NCBI RefSeq assembly: GCF_004010195.1
Contig: NC_057710.1
Span: 3,297,822-3,361,821, forward strand
Origin: Chiloscyllium plagiosum
Lineage: Eukaryota
Reading direction: 5' to 3'
DNA: 64,000 nucleotides
Shown here: piece by piece, positions 13,108-25,075 of the stretch
How positions within the stretch are numbered: position 1 is the first letter of the stretch
How the letters are laid out: each line of letters starts with the position of its first letter
The notes under the pieces: generated by a model
Told to the model about the DNA's origin: nothing
The model's database searches: none
Seen by the model: only the letters and a program-made list of their open reading frames with translations
Position numbers and translations under genes: made by a program

Positions 13108-15265
13108 CGGTATCCTGTCCTCCACATTGAATTGGTTGGCATCTGGCGTCAGCCGTGATGGTGTCCAGATGGGAACGTAGTTATCAACTTCCAGGCTGGT
13201 CAGTGAGTGGCCTGACATGGTCAGTGTCTGCTCTCCTGCCCGACTGCTCTCCTGTGAGCTGCCCGGCAGTTTGAGCTCATCCTGTGGGGAGGCAACACTG
13301 AATCGCTCAGGGCAGGCAGCGACACTTGAAGGGTGTGGGCCAGGTAAGGTGGTACCAGAGGATCTTGCGGTCTGTCTGGAGCTGCTGTTCTCCCTTTGCT
13401 CAGCAAGGGTGGGAGACAGAGGGGCCTCCTGCATCAATGGGCTGTCTCCGCTCTGGTGGGACAAATGGCATTCAGCCAGGGTACTGACAGACTCAAGTGA
13501 GTGAATGCTAGATGCTCTGTCCCAATTTAGGTGGCAATGAGGTGGGTCAGCTTTACAGAGAGAGGCATCGTCGTGGTGTCCTCTCCTCTCATCTGATTGT
13601 GACATCCTCCTCAGAGCAGCTGGCCTCCCAGGCCCAACAGGATGGTCACTGCCGGTTCCTGACAGATGACTGGTGCTCTGGCCTGTCCTCTGGGTCCTCA
13701 GTTGGTGGCCAGTCTGCAGGTGGGCAGTTCCAAAGGTCGCTGCGATACGCCGCTTTGGTAGACAGCTGGACGTTGGAGCCGCATTGATCCGTGACAGGAT
13801 ATTATTGAGCGAGTCGGCGATAGCACTGTAGGCCCGCTGTCGGGGAGACACTCCTCTCAGGCCATGTAACACCAGGCTGTCAAAGGTGGGCTTGCCACCT
13901 GGGCCATGGTGTATGTCCCAAGCTCCAACTTTCTCCATGTAGTTCAGGGGAGCCATGGACTGCAAGACACTTGGACAGGCCCAGCTGCTGGTGGAAGTGG
14001 TAGTGGTGGTGGTGGCGGCATTTTTACTACTCTTGGTCAAATCCTTCTTGTTTGATAAGGATTCCACTGAAACCTTGGAGATGCCAGAAGCAGCAATCTG
14101 GCTTTCCAGGTGGTGAATGACCACTCGCCTTGCCTGACCCAACAGAGCAAGGCCCTTGGCTGGTGCATTCAAGGGGACGGCTGGTGTGGACTGACAGACA
14201 GGGTCAGCTAAGGAGGTGAGGAAAGAGGAATCCGTGACATTTGCTGGACACACTGTGGGAGAGAGCTCAGTGTCCTTCTGCTCCTGCTCTATGCTGTAGC
14301 CAGACAATGCTGTGCCATCACTCTTGCTGTCGGTACTTTTTGTGGTCTTCACCTCCGTGATGGTATCAACCTTCCCGTTGGATGAGGTGGTGGGCTCCAT
14401 GCAGGCAGACCCTGGTCCAGCTCCTGATGTAAAGCCATTCTTGGATGGAGCAGATAAAGAGAAAGAAGTTGGTTGACGCTGCAAACTTGCTTCAGAGCAA
14501 GCGGTTTGACTGGTCTTGCTCACTTGCCAGCCTTGTGAACGGAATAGGGCGTCAGAAACCTCTGACCTGTCTGGGCCTGATGGAGCCAAGTTCCCTTTTC
14601 CAAGAGGATCCGGACAGGCGTTGCAGGGCTCAGGCAGGGTTGGCTGCTCGTGGAGCATGGCGTGATCAGGGCTAGAGCAATCTGGAGAAACGAGAGCCGA
14701 CTCGGGGTTCAGGGGTGGCTGCTCAGTTGCAGCTGACTCCCATTCCTTTCCAAGAGCTGCAATACCATGTTTAACTGCTCCTGCAGCCAGCAAACTGCTC
14801 CTCTGGTTATCAATAAGGGGCCCACTCACTTCAGCTCCTCTCCTGGAGCCAGAGCTGCTGGGCAATTCAACAGCCTCCTCCAGCACTTGGGGAGCAGGCA
14901 ACTCTCCACCCAGAGGTAACTTGTGCTCAGAGAGAGGAGCTCTGTATATGCCACCTGCCCGTGGCTGACATCCATCCCTTTTGATGCTCGGAAGCTCCAT
15001 GAAGTTCTGGTCACCAATGTACTTCTCTGCTCGAGTGAAATCTTCATCTTCTGTTGCCTCTGACCACCTTGGGCTGGGGGGCGTCAGGGAATGCTGTGAC
15101 AGGGAATCCCTGCTGCTGCTGTCTCCAAACAGGTGCTGTGACAGTGGGGGGCTCTCTCTCTCACAGTCTGCGGAAGCCTCAGGTATTACTGCCTCCTGGA
15201 AGCTGCTTCCTCGGTAGGCTCGTGTGTATCCCTCACTCAGAACTCCAGATAAGTCAGGGCTCCCT
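13108..15265 (-). CDS. ALMS1: ALMS1 large exon (2158 nt, phase 2 to 0)
   Basis: tgtttcag acceptor, gtaggt donor. Completes FAPLR|GSPDLS (human FAPLRGIPDKS) and contains LSQH, LNYMEKVGAW, SLEVDNYVPIW and FNVEDRIP motifs. Confidence 0.92.
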
Positions 15266-15410
15266 CTGAAACAGAAGAGAATAGAAATTGGTGAACCTCG
15301 ATGGGGAGACAGAGTAAGGAGATCATGTTGATTGGGTGAGTTTAAATAGAACTGTTTGCGATCATTAAGTATCAACATACATGACTGCGTTCAGACATAA
15401 TAGTTGCACA

Positions 15411-15620
15411 GCGGCCCAATGGTTAGCACTGTTCCCTCACATCACCAGGGATCTGGTTCAATTCCAGCCTCAGGTGTCTGTCTGTGTGGAGTTTGCACAT
15501 TCTCGCTGTGTCTGCTCCAGTTTCTTCCTACAGTCCAAAGATGTGCAGGTTAGGTAGATTGGCTATGCTAAATTGCCCATAGTGTCTAGGGATGTATAGG
15601 TAAGGCGGATTACTACAGGG
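15411..15620 (+). mobile_element. HE1-type SINE (partial)
   Basis: tggttagcactg..ggttcaattcc..tgtgtggagtttgcacattctc. Confidence 0.8.
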
Positions 15621-18490
15621 ACCATTGCTCCATACCCACAATATTTATTAATAATTTATATGAGACAACTAAATGTTATATCTCCAAGTTTGCAGACGAC
15701 ACAATGCTGTGGTGAGCTGTAAGGAGGACACAGAGATGCTTTGGTATGAATTGGACAAATTGAGTGAGTGGACACATACATGGCAGATGAAGTTGTTACA
15801 TGTGAGATTGCCCATTTTGGTAGCAGAAGTAGGAAACAGATTATGATCTTAATGGTGATAGATTAGAAAAAGGGGAGGCACAACAAGGCTTGGGGGTCCT
15901 TGTATACCAGTCGCTGAAGCATGCAAAAGCAGCAGGTAGTGGCCTTCGTAGCGAGAGGATTTGAGTACAGGAACAGGGATGACTCGCTGCAAATTGAACA
16001 CAGGTCCCTTAAAAAATGAATCTGGGGAGGTGGTTACAACAAAGGGGGAACTGACAGAGGAGTTGAAAAGATATTTTATATCAGTCTTCACAGTGGAAGT
16101 TGTTCAAACATCCAATTATTACTAAAGAATATGGGTAGGAACTAAGTACCATCACTAGATAAGTTGTATTAGACAAACTAATGGGACTAAAAGCAGATAT
16201 CTCCCCTGGTTTTGATGGTAGTTCCTGAAAGAAGCAGCTACAGATATAATGGATCCATTGGTTGTAGCTTTCCAAAAATCCTTGGATTCTACTGAAATAC
16301 CAGAGGATTGGAAAACTGCTAATGTGACACTGCTATTCAAAAAGGGAAGCAAAAAGTGGGTAACTGTACACTGACTAGTCTAACATTTAATGTTGAAAAG
16401 GCATTGGAATCAATTAGTAAGTAATTGCAACATATTTGGAAAATCATAACTTAATCAAGCAGAATCAGCAAGGTGCTTTGTAAGGAAGTCACATCTGACT
16501 AATTAATCAGAGCTTTTTGAGGAAGCTCAACCAAGAGTAGAAAAAGGGTAACCAGTAGATGTATTGTACTTGGATTTGCAGAAGGCATTAGACAAAGACA
16601 TTTCATAGAAGATCACATCATAAGTTAAGAGCCTATGGTTCATAGGCAGGAAACAGCAAGTGTGGATAATGGATTCTTTTAAAGGTTGGCGACCCATTAT
16701 CAGAGGTATTCCACAGGGATCGGTGCTGGGACTGCAACTGTTTACAATATATATTAATGAGAAAAAAGTGAATGTACTGTAGCCAATTTGCAGACAACAC
16801 AAAAATAGGCCAAAGGGCAGGCTGAGAGAGGGTTACAGTTTACAGAGAGATAGGTTCAGTAAGTGGACAATAAGTTGGCAAATGGAATATAATGCAGGAA
16901 AATGTGAAGTTGCTAATTTTGGAAGGGAGAACAAAAGAACAGAACATTACTGACATGGAAATAAAGTGCAGAAAGCTGGACCATAAAGGGACTTGGGGGA
17001 ACTTGTGCACAAAACACTGAAAGCTAGCATACAGGGACAATAGGTCATCAGGAAGGCCAAAGGAATGTTGGCCCTAAATTCAAGAGGGTTGGAGAACAAG
17101 AGTAGGAAAGTTCTCCTGCAACTGTACGAGGTGCTGGTGAAATCACATCTGGAGTACTCTGAGCAGTTTTAGTCCCCTTATTTAAGGAAAGATATTGGAG
17201 ACAGTTCAGAGAAGGTTTACTGGAATGATCCCTGGCATGGAGCGATTGGCTTCTGATCAAAGACAAAGCACTCTATTCACTGGAGCTTAGAACAATGAAT
17301 TGAACCACACTGGACTCTCCGGGGGCTTGACAGGATAAATACTGAGAAGATGTTTCCCCTCATCGGAGAGTCTAGCATCAGAGCGCAAAGTCTCAAAACG
17401 AAGGGTAGCAATTTTCGACAGATTTTTTTCTTTTATGAGGGTTGAAGATCTTTGGAACAGAGAGCTGTGGGAACACAGTTTTCTGTATATTTGAGATAGA
17501 GAGTTTCTTGATCACTAGGGGAATGAAGGGTTATGGGGAAAGCTCAAGAAAATAGAATGTCAGATCAACCATGATCTTACTCCTGTTAGTATTTCTTATG
17601 GCCTCATGGACAGCATAACTGCAGGAAGGATGTTCCTACTGACCAGACAATCCAGAACTGGGGCACAGTACAAGGGTATAAGATAGACTATTTAGGACAT
17701 TGGTTAGGCCACTTTTCGAATATTGTTTGCAATTCTGGTCTCCCTCCTATAGGGAGGATGTTGTGAAACTTGAAAGGGTTCAGAAAAGATTCACAAGGAT
17801 GTTGCCAGGGTTGGAGGATTTGAGCTACAGGGAGAGACTGAATAGGCTGGGGCTGTTTTCCCTGAAGCGTTGAGGGGTGAGAGGCTTAGACATTTAAACA
17901 ATCATGAGGGACATGGATAGGATAAATAGACAAGGTCTTTTCCCTGGGGTGGGGGAGTCTAGAACTAGAGGGCATAGGTTTAGAGTGAGGGGGGAAAGCT
18001 ATAAAAGGGAGATTAGGGGGCAACGTTTTCACACAGAAGGTGGTATGTGGACGGAATGAGCTGCCAGAGGAAGTGGTGTAGGCTGGTACAATTACAGCAT
18101 TTAAAAGGCACCTGGAAGGGTATATGAGTAGGAAGGGTTTAGAGGGATATGGGCCAAGGGCTGGCAAATGGAATTAGATTAGGTTAAGATATGTGTTCGG
18201 CATGGACAAGTTGGACCAAAGGGTCTGTTTCCGTGCTGCACATCTCTATGAGTCTGACTGAGGTGAAATATCTTCACCCTAACCTTGGTGAGACTGTGGA
18301 ATTCTCTGCCACAGAAAGCAATTTGCCTTCTGTGAAAAATTGAATTGTTTCAGGAAGGAGCTAAATAAATCAAAGGGTATGGAGGGAAAGCAGGAATAAG
18401 GTACTGAATTGGAACATCAGCCATTAACTTATTAAATGATGGAGCAGGCTCAAAGGGCCAAATAGCCCACACCTGCGACTATATTCCATG
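15620..18490 (+). mobile_element. Cluster of CR1 LINE fragments
   Basis: KFADDT, LDLQKA, GIPQGSVLG and RPLFEYCLQFWSP motifs; CR1 3' tails near 17600, 18255 and 18490. Confidence 0.85.
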
Positions 18491-18699
18491 GTTCATCACA
18501 CTCAGATGACATACTTTTCTGCAGAAGCAACATTATGATTTTATGCTGATTTTGATCAGCTGTCTGAAATCAACCAGCCTACGCCAACTGCCTATGTCTT
18601 TCTCTAGACAAGTAAATTCTGTTCACTGTGGCCTTCTGCTTGGTCAATAAATAGACTTTTACACTGAAAAGGTTCAGAGATTCAGAGCAAAAGCCTTAC

Positions 18700-18826
18700 C
18701 TCAGAGGGGCAAACTCCACTGGAGAGCAATGAAAAGTCACGTTGGAAAGTTTTACATCTTCCGGACTCTGCCTGGTGTAGGAGGCCAAGAGCGGAGGAGC
18801 TGAAGACAACCCACTTCCCTGCAGCT
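18700..18826 (-). CDS. ALMS1: ALMS1 exon (127 nt, phase 1 to 2)
   Basis: ttctcaacag acceptor, gtaagg donor; ELQGSGLSSAPPLL..FHCSPVEFAPLR, compare human PLL..FHQSELSFAPLR. Confidence 0.92.
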
Positions 18827-19665
18827 CTGTTGAGAAAAGCAACAATGGCCTGTCAGCACTCTCAGCTGAAAGGATTACTCATAGGTGTAACACCTCTCAT
18901 GAAAAAGTTTCGAAAACCTTCAGGACCTGTGTGATCCCAGATTAAATCAGCCTTGTCACACTCTGCACATTTTCCTTTAAGAAATTTTGAGTGGTTTCCT
19001 GGGCTCATATTGAATGTCTAAGAGGGTCGGAGAGAATTTTTTCAAATACTTTACACACATCCAAAGATTAGTGTGGGTCTTTCACTTCTCCTCAGAAATC
19101 ACGAAGCTTTAGTCACATATATACAATACAGTACACATTGGTCACATATATATAGTGTATACAGGTCACATGTATACAGTATTGATGAGCTCGGTCAGTC
19201 ACACACCTAAAAGGTCACCTCTGCTTTTCTTGCTTCCATAAGAGACCAACTCAATGTTCCAAACATTTCTGCAGGAATTGTAAAGTCTGGGTATTTTTGT
19301 TTTTCTTTATTTTGCATTGGTGTCCAAAATCTTGGTTTGAAACCAAGGACTGTGCAAAGAGATGTTGCACTTTTACAACAAGTTACTGGAAGTCAGTGAG
19401 TTATGTTTACACTGCTGTTTTGTTTCCGCAGTTAGGGAAGATGCCACAGCACTGTGGGCGTGCAGAGCAAGTTTCACGTAGAGATAGAATGCTCAGTCCC
19501 TCAGACAGAAACTCTGAAACGCTGAACAATTTGATTTCAATCTTGAACTTCTCTAAAAGCCCCAAAGTAATGGGACTCTAGCATCAGCACAGTTTCCCAA
19601 GTGCAACACTTCTAAAACCTCCCTATTTTTATACTCTAGGCCTATGTTCCAAAAAATATTCTTAT

Positions 19666-19801
19666 AGGCGAAAGTGAGGACTGCAGATGCGGGAGATTAG
19701 AGTCAAGATTAAAATGGTGCTGGAAAAGCACAGCAGGTCAGGCAGCATCCAAGGAACAGGAAAATCGATGTTTCGGGCAGAAGCCCTTCATCAGGAATGA
19801 G
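19666..19801 (-). mobile_element. Solo Penelope terminal module with hammerhead-like core
   Basis: Reverse complement reads CCTGATGAAGGGC..GCCCGAAAC; flanked by an attcttat direct repeat. Confidence 0.8.
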
Positions 19802-19887
19802 AAAAGAATTCTTATGCCTTATGAGCTTCAGGGATCTGTGGACATTAATTCCTAAATCCCCTGTTACTCTATAATTCTCACTAAAAT

Positions 19888-20210
19888 AGAATCCCTACAG
19901 ACCATTCTGCCATTTGAATCCATGCCAACCCTTCATAGAGAGAGTCTCACCCTGACCGACCCTGTTCCTGTAACCCTGCATTTTCCATGGCCAATCCACC
20001 TAACCTGGATACTGTGGGCAATTAGCATGGCCAAGCCACCTTAACCCGCACATCTTTGGATTGTGGGAGGAAACCAGTCCACCTGGAGGAAACCCACGCA
20101 GACATGGGGAGAATGTGCAAACCCACACAGACAGTCATCAGAGGTTGGAATCAAACCTGGATCCCTGGTGCTGTGAGGCAGCAGTGCTAACTACTGAGTC
20201 ACCATGCCAC
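19888..20210 (-). mobile_element. HE1-type SINE
   Basis: Reverse complement of the A/B-box head at ~20150-20210 and the SINE core. Confidence 0.85.
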
Positions 20211-20969
20211 ATTCCCACTGTTTATTGGGGAATCCCTTTGTTCTCTAAATACATCAGCTCACACCTCTCCAGATCAAATTCCACATTCTGTCCACTTGCA
20301 GTTTACATCTAATCGATTGTGATCGAACACAGCCAATTTTTATATCATCTGCAAATGTTCTAATCACGTTCTCTCCATTCAAATCACTGACATGAACAAA
20401 GAATCACGAAGTACCCAACTCCGAAGCACCTTAAAGGAACCCACCATCCAGTCACAAAGCACCTTTCGATCATTACCTTTGACTTTCTGCCACTGGAACC
20501 AATTTTGGATCCAATTTCCCACTTGATCTAATGGATCCAATGTGTTCTTAAAGTTCTGGCTTGTCAATTAGGAGGGACCTTGTCAAAATCTTGCTAAAAT
20601 CGATATGATTGCCTGAAATGCATTATCCTTGTTGGCCCTCCTTGACACTGCCTCAAACATTCTTATTCATTGCGATTGACTAATGTTCCCTTCACAAAAC
20701 CATGCTGAGTGGCCTTGACATTTCTCAATGAGGCTGAATACTGTCCCACATGAGCTTTTAAACATTTTTCTATCAACAAGGTTAGGCTGAGTAATTTTTA
20801 GTTAGGTGGTTGATCTCTTGCCCTCTTTTGAAACAACATGCTGAACATCAGGCAGTCATAGTCGTACGGCACGTTCAGTCCAACTTGCCAATACCGACCA
20901 TATTTCCCAAGCTAAACTCGTCCCATGTGCCTGCATTTGGCCCATGTCCCTCTAAACCTTTCCTAATCA

Positions 20970-22961
20970 TGTAAGAATGCGTGTAAGGTATGAGCAGGTA
21001 GGGAAAGTGTTAAGTTTAGGGTTGTGAGACAAAGGCTCAGCTAGCATGACTTCGACCAGATAAGAACTTGCAGTAAAAACAATGAGGTGCTGGAGGAAAG
21101 GGTAGTGGGTTAATGAGATGAATTGCATCCATTGTGTAATGCCAGTTAACGAAGTGAGGAACATGTATTGTGTAATGCCACATGGCTTAATCTTTACAGC
21201 TGATACTCGCTAGTTGTATCAATCACCCAATCAATATCAATGTTGCCTTATTTGGATGCTGCTCCCTGTGAGTGACTATATAATTCCTTAAGAATCTGCT
21301 GTTCGAGAGAAGACTGAGAACTCATGTCCTTGTGTACACAGATTAGAGTGGTGCTGCAAAAGCACAGCAGGTCAGGCAGCATCCGAGGAGCAGGAAAATT
21401 GATGTTTTGGGCAAAAGCCCTTCATCAGGAATGAGGCTGGGAGCCTTCGAAGTGGAGAGATAAATGGGAGGGAGGTGCGGAGAAGGTAGCTGAAAGTACA
21501 ATAGGTGGATGGAGGTGGGGATGAAGGAGGGTGGAGCGGATAGGTGGGAAGGAAAATTGGCAGGTAGGACAGGTCATGAGGATGGTGCCGAGCTCTAACA
21601 CCTTCCCCCCCTTCCTAGACCTCTCCATCTCCATCAATGATGACTGACATTTTTGACAAACCCATCGACTCCAACAGCTACCTGGCTTACACCTCTTCCC
21701 ACCCTACCTCCTGCAAAAATGCTATCCCGTATTCCCAATTCCTCTGCCTCCACCGTATCTGCTCCCAGGAGGACCAGTTCCACCACAGAACACACCAGAT
21801 GGCCTCCTTCTTTAGAGACCGCAATTTCCCTTCCCACGTGGTTGAAAGATGCCCTGCAACACATCTCATCCACATTCCGCCTCTCCACCCTCAAACCCCA
21901 CCCCTCCAACCGTAACAAGGACAGAATCCCCCCGGTGCTCACCTTCTACCTTACCAACCTTCGCATAAACCAAATCATCCACCGACATTTCCGCCACCTC
22001 CAAAAAGACCCCACCACCAGGGATATATTTCCCTCCCTACCCATTTCCGCCTTCCACAAAGACCGTTCCCTCCGTGACTACCTGGTCAGGTCCACACCCC
22101 CCTACAACCCACCCTCCCATCCTGGCACCTCCCCCTGCCACCTGCGCCCACACCTCCTCCCTCACCTCCATCTAAGGCCCTAAAGGAACCTTTCACATCC
22201 ATCAAAGTTTTACCTGCACATCCATCAATGTCATTTATTGTATCCGTTGCTCCCAATGCGGTCTCCTCTACATTGGGGAGACTGGACGCTTCCTAGCAGA
22301 GCGCTTTAGGGTACCCCCGGAACACCTGCACCGATCAACCACACCACCCTGTGGCCCAACATTTCAACTCCCCCTCCCACTCTGCCGAGGACATGGAGGT
22401 CCTGGGCCTCCTTCACCGCCACTCCCTCACCTGGAAGAAGAACGCTTCATCTTCAGCTTCGGAACACTTCAACCCCAGGGCATTAATGTGGATTTCACCA
22501 GTTTCCTCATTTCCCCTCCCCCCCACTTTACCCTAGTTCCAACCTTCCAGCTCAGCACCGCCCTCATGGCCTGTCCCACTTGTCAATCTTCCTTTCCACC
22601 TATCCACTCCATCCTCCTCGCCGACTTATCACCTTCATCACCACCTCCATCCACCTATTGTACTCTCAGCTACCTTCTCCTCAGCCCCACCCTCCTCCCA
22701 ATTTATCTCTCCACCCAGAGGGTCCCTGCCTCATTCCTGATGAAGGGTTTTTGCCCAAAACGTCGATTTTCCTACTCTACGGATGCTGCCTGACCTGCTG
22801 TGCTTTTCCAGCACCACTCTAATCTAGACTCTGATCTCCAGCATCTGCAGTCCTCACTTTCGCCTCCTTGTGAACATAGGCAATCACGGTCTCTCCAGGG
22901 CTCAGAATAAAGATAAAGAAGGTACAGCCAAAATAAAACCCAGCAATGATACTTTAATACA
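20970..22961 (+). mobile_element. LTR-like repeat (TG...CA, TATA, AATAAA) interrupted by a Penelope element
   Basis: Starts TGTAAGAATG; TATATAA near 21277; AATAAA near 22905; ends TAATACA; homologous to 24351-24718 (inverted) and ~30135-30590. Confidence 0.7.
21341..22865 (+). mobile_element. Penelope-like retroelement, 5'-truncated, with inverted pseudo-LTR
   Basis: RT thumb (KPIDSNSYLAYTSSHP..AIPYSQF) and GIY-YIG endonuclease (NVIYCIRCSQCGLLYIGETGR); 21341-21595 is an inverted copy of ~22549-22825; imperfect TSD tccttgtgtacaca/tccttgtgaacata. Confidence 0.9.
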
Positions 22962-24090
22962 GTACTCTCATCTAGCTAAAGCATGACCACTGACAATTGT
23001 TTTTTGAAGCAGGCATTGTAGAATTTCAAACAGATCAGGGGCTCAAGGCCCTCAATCATTTTGTTTTAAGGTTACATGTTTGATTATTTTAAAAAGGAGC
23101 CAATGTTGTATAATATTCATTTAATAACAAAATTGGCCCTATTACATAGCCCACAAAACACATTAAGATCTGATTCAAAGAAGGCAAAACAGTTACTTAA
23201 AAAGGATTTTCTGAACCAGTATTTAAAAACCAAAATATTTAAATATCAAACACTTTCAGAATGGCATAATTTATATTAAAACCTCCTTTTTCAACCCAAA
23301 TATTAGTACATCCTTAATTTCAACATTTCTCCTTTTTTTCCATATCCTCTTGATGAAATTACACTTATATAAAAAAAGAGAAAGCCCTCGCAGTGGACCA
23401 CACGGTGCTGCAGTCCATACCACCCCCCCTTCTCTCAGAAGGATTCGCCGAGTTGAACCCACAGCCCAGAAACGGAGACTCCCACAATAAAAACCCGAAC
23501 AAAGCTTCCCTGGCAGGCAATGCACTTCATGTCGGGATCAGAGCAGACCGGCTCCACTTTTTATTCCCTTTACCCGGTGACGCCATGTTGTCCTAAAAGT
23601 CCTTCTAAGGGGAGGTATGGGGAATAAAGGTGATAACTTTAAGTACCACCAAATTTTGTTTAGATATTTATCATTGAAGTTCCTGGTTTCGAACTTGCTC
23701 CGAAGCCTCAAACCTAGTGTCTGCAGTACTCGAAATTCCTTTTTCCAGGGGACTTTAACCCCCTTTTACCGAGGGGACTCAAACCCCTTTCTCACTTTAC
23801 TCCTCATGGGGACTCAAACCCCTTTTTTTACTCTATTTGTCCAGGGGACTCAAACCCCAATTAAAACCCAGGAGACTCGAACCTGTTTATCAGCGTGTTC
23901 ACAAAACAGTGTCTTTCGAACGAACTAATTACTGTTCAAGAGTCCTTAGAATAGAAAGCGATTGAACAAGGAGACCATTTCCGACACACAGGAACATCCA
24001 GAGGGACCAAGGTTTAAAATCTTACCTTGTGGGCCCGTCCATCTCAAGATACTGGTGTTGTGGGCGATCGCTGACACCGTCCAATCGTAA
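22962..24090 (-). mobile_element. Non-coding internal region of the LTR-like insert (leader-like)
   Basis: Lies between the inverted LTR-like repeats; strong splice donor AAG|GTAAGA near 24025 and an array of GGGGTTTGAGTCCCC hairpins; no recognisable ORF. Confidence 0.45.
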
Positions 24091-24094
24091 CTAT

Positions 24095-24330
24095 TCATTG
24101 ACCCTCACCTTGACCTCCTTCCACTATCGCATTTCCGACGCCCCTCCCCCAAGTCCCTCCTCCCTACCTTTTATCTTAGCCTGCTGGGCACACTCTCCTC
24201 ATTCCTGAAGAAGGGCTTAAGCCCGAAACGTCGATTCTCCTGTTCCTTGGATGCTGCCTGACCTGCTGCGCTTTTCCAGCAACACATTTTCAGCTCTGAT
24301 CTCCAGCATCTGCAGTCCTCACTTTCTCTT
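24095..24330 (+). mobile_element. Penelope terminal fragment with hammerhead core
   Basis: CTGAAGA-a-GGGC(ttaa)GCCC-GAAACGTC at 24205-24232. Confidence 0.8.
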
Positions 24331-24350
24331 CCAGACAGAGCAATCAACAA

Positions 24351-24718
24351 TGTACACCAGGACATGAGTTCTCAGTCTTCTCTTGAACAGCAGATTCTTA
24401 GGGAATTATATAGTCACTTACAGGCAGCAGCATCCAAATAAGGCAACATCTATAATGATTGGTTGATCGATACAATCAGCAAGCATCAACATTAAAAGAT
24501 TAAGCCAACTGGCATTATACAATAGATGTTCCTCACCTCATTAACTGTAATTAGACATTAGATATCCTTCACCTCATTAAACCATTACCTTTTCCTCCAG
24601 CACTTCATGGTTGACTGCAAGTTCTTATCTGGTCAAAGTCATGCTAGCTGAGTCTTTGTACTGCAACACTAAACTTAACTCTATCCCTACCTGCTCATAC
24701 CTTATACACATTCGCACA
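24351..24718 (-). mobile_element. LTR-like repeat, inverted relative to 20970-21340
   Basis: Reverse complement TGTGCGAATGTGTATAAGGTATGAGCAGG.. aligns over ~370 nt with the 20970 copy. Confidence 0.8.
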
Positions 24719-24738
24719 TGTACCTGTCCAAATATATT

Positions 24739-25075
24739 GGCGGCACAATAGCCAGTGGTTAGCACTGTGCCTCACAGTGCCAGGGATCCGGGTTCGATTC
24801 CAGCTTCGGGTAACTGTCTGTGTGGAATTTGCGCATTCTCCCCTTGTCTGCATGGGTTTCCTCCAGTTTTCTCCCACAATCCAAAGATGTGTAGGTAGGT
24901 GAATTGGCCATGCTAAAATTGCCCAAAGTGTTCTGGGGTGTGTAGGTTAGATGCATTAGTGAGGGAAAATATAAAATAATAGTGTAGGGGGGTGGCCCTG
25001 GATGGTATAATCTTTGGAGGGTCGATGTGGATTTGTTGGGCCGAAGGGCCTGTTTTCACACTGTAGGGATTCTAT
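24739..25075 (+). mobile_element. HE1-type SINE inserted into a minus-strand CR1 (24719-25525)
   Basis: agtggttagcactgtgcctcac..gggttcgattcc; CR1 sequence resumes after it. Confidence 0.85.

Noticed and set aside
15266-15378. N-terminal extension of the 760-aa ORF (and 4485-4533 of the 391-aa ORF)
   Set aside because: Intronic read-through upstream of clear splice acceptors.
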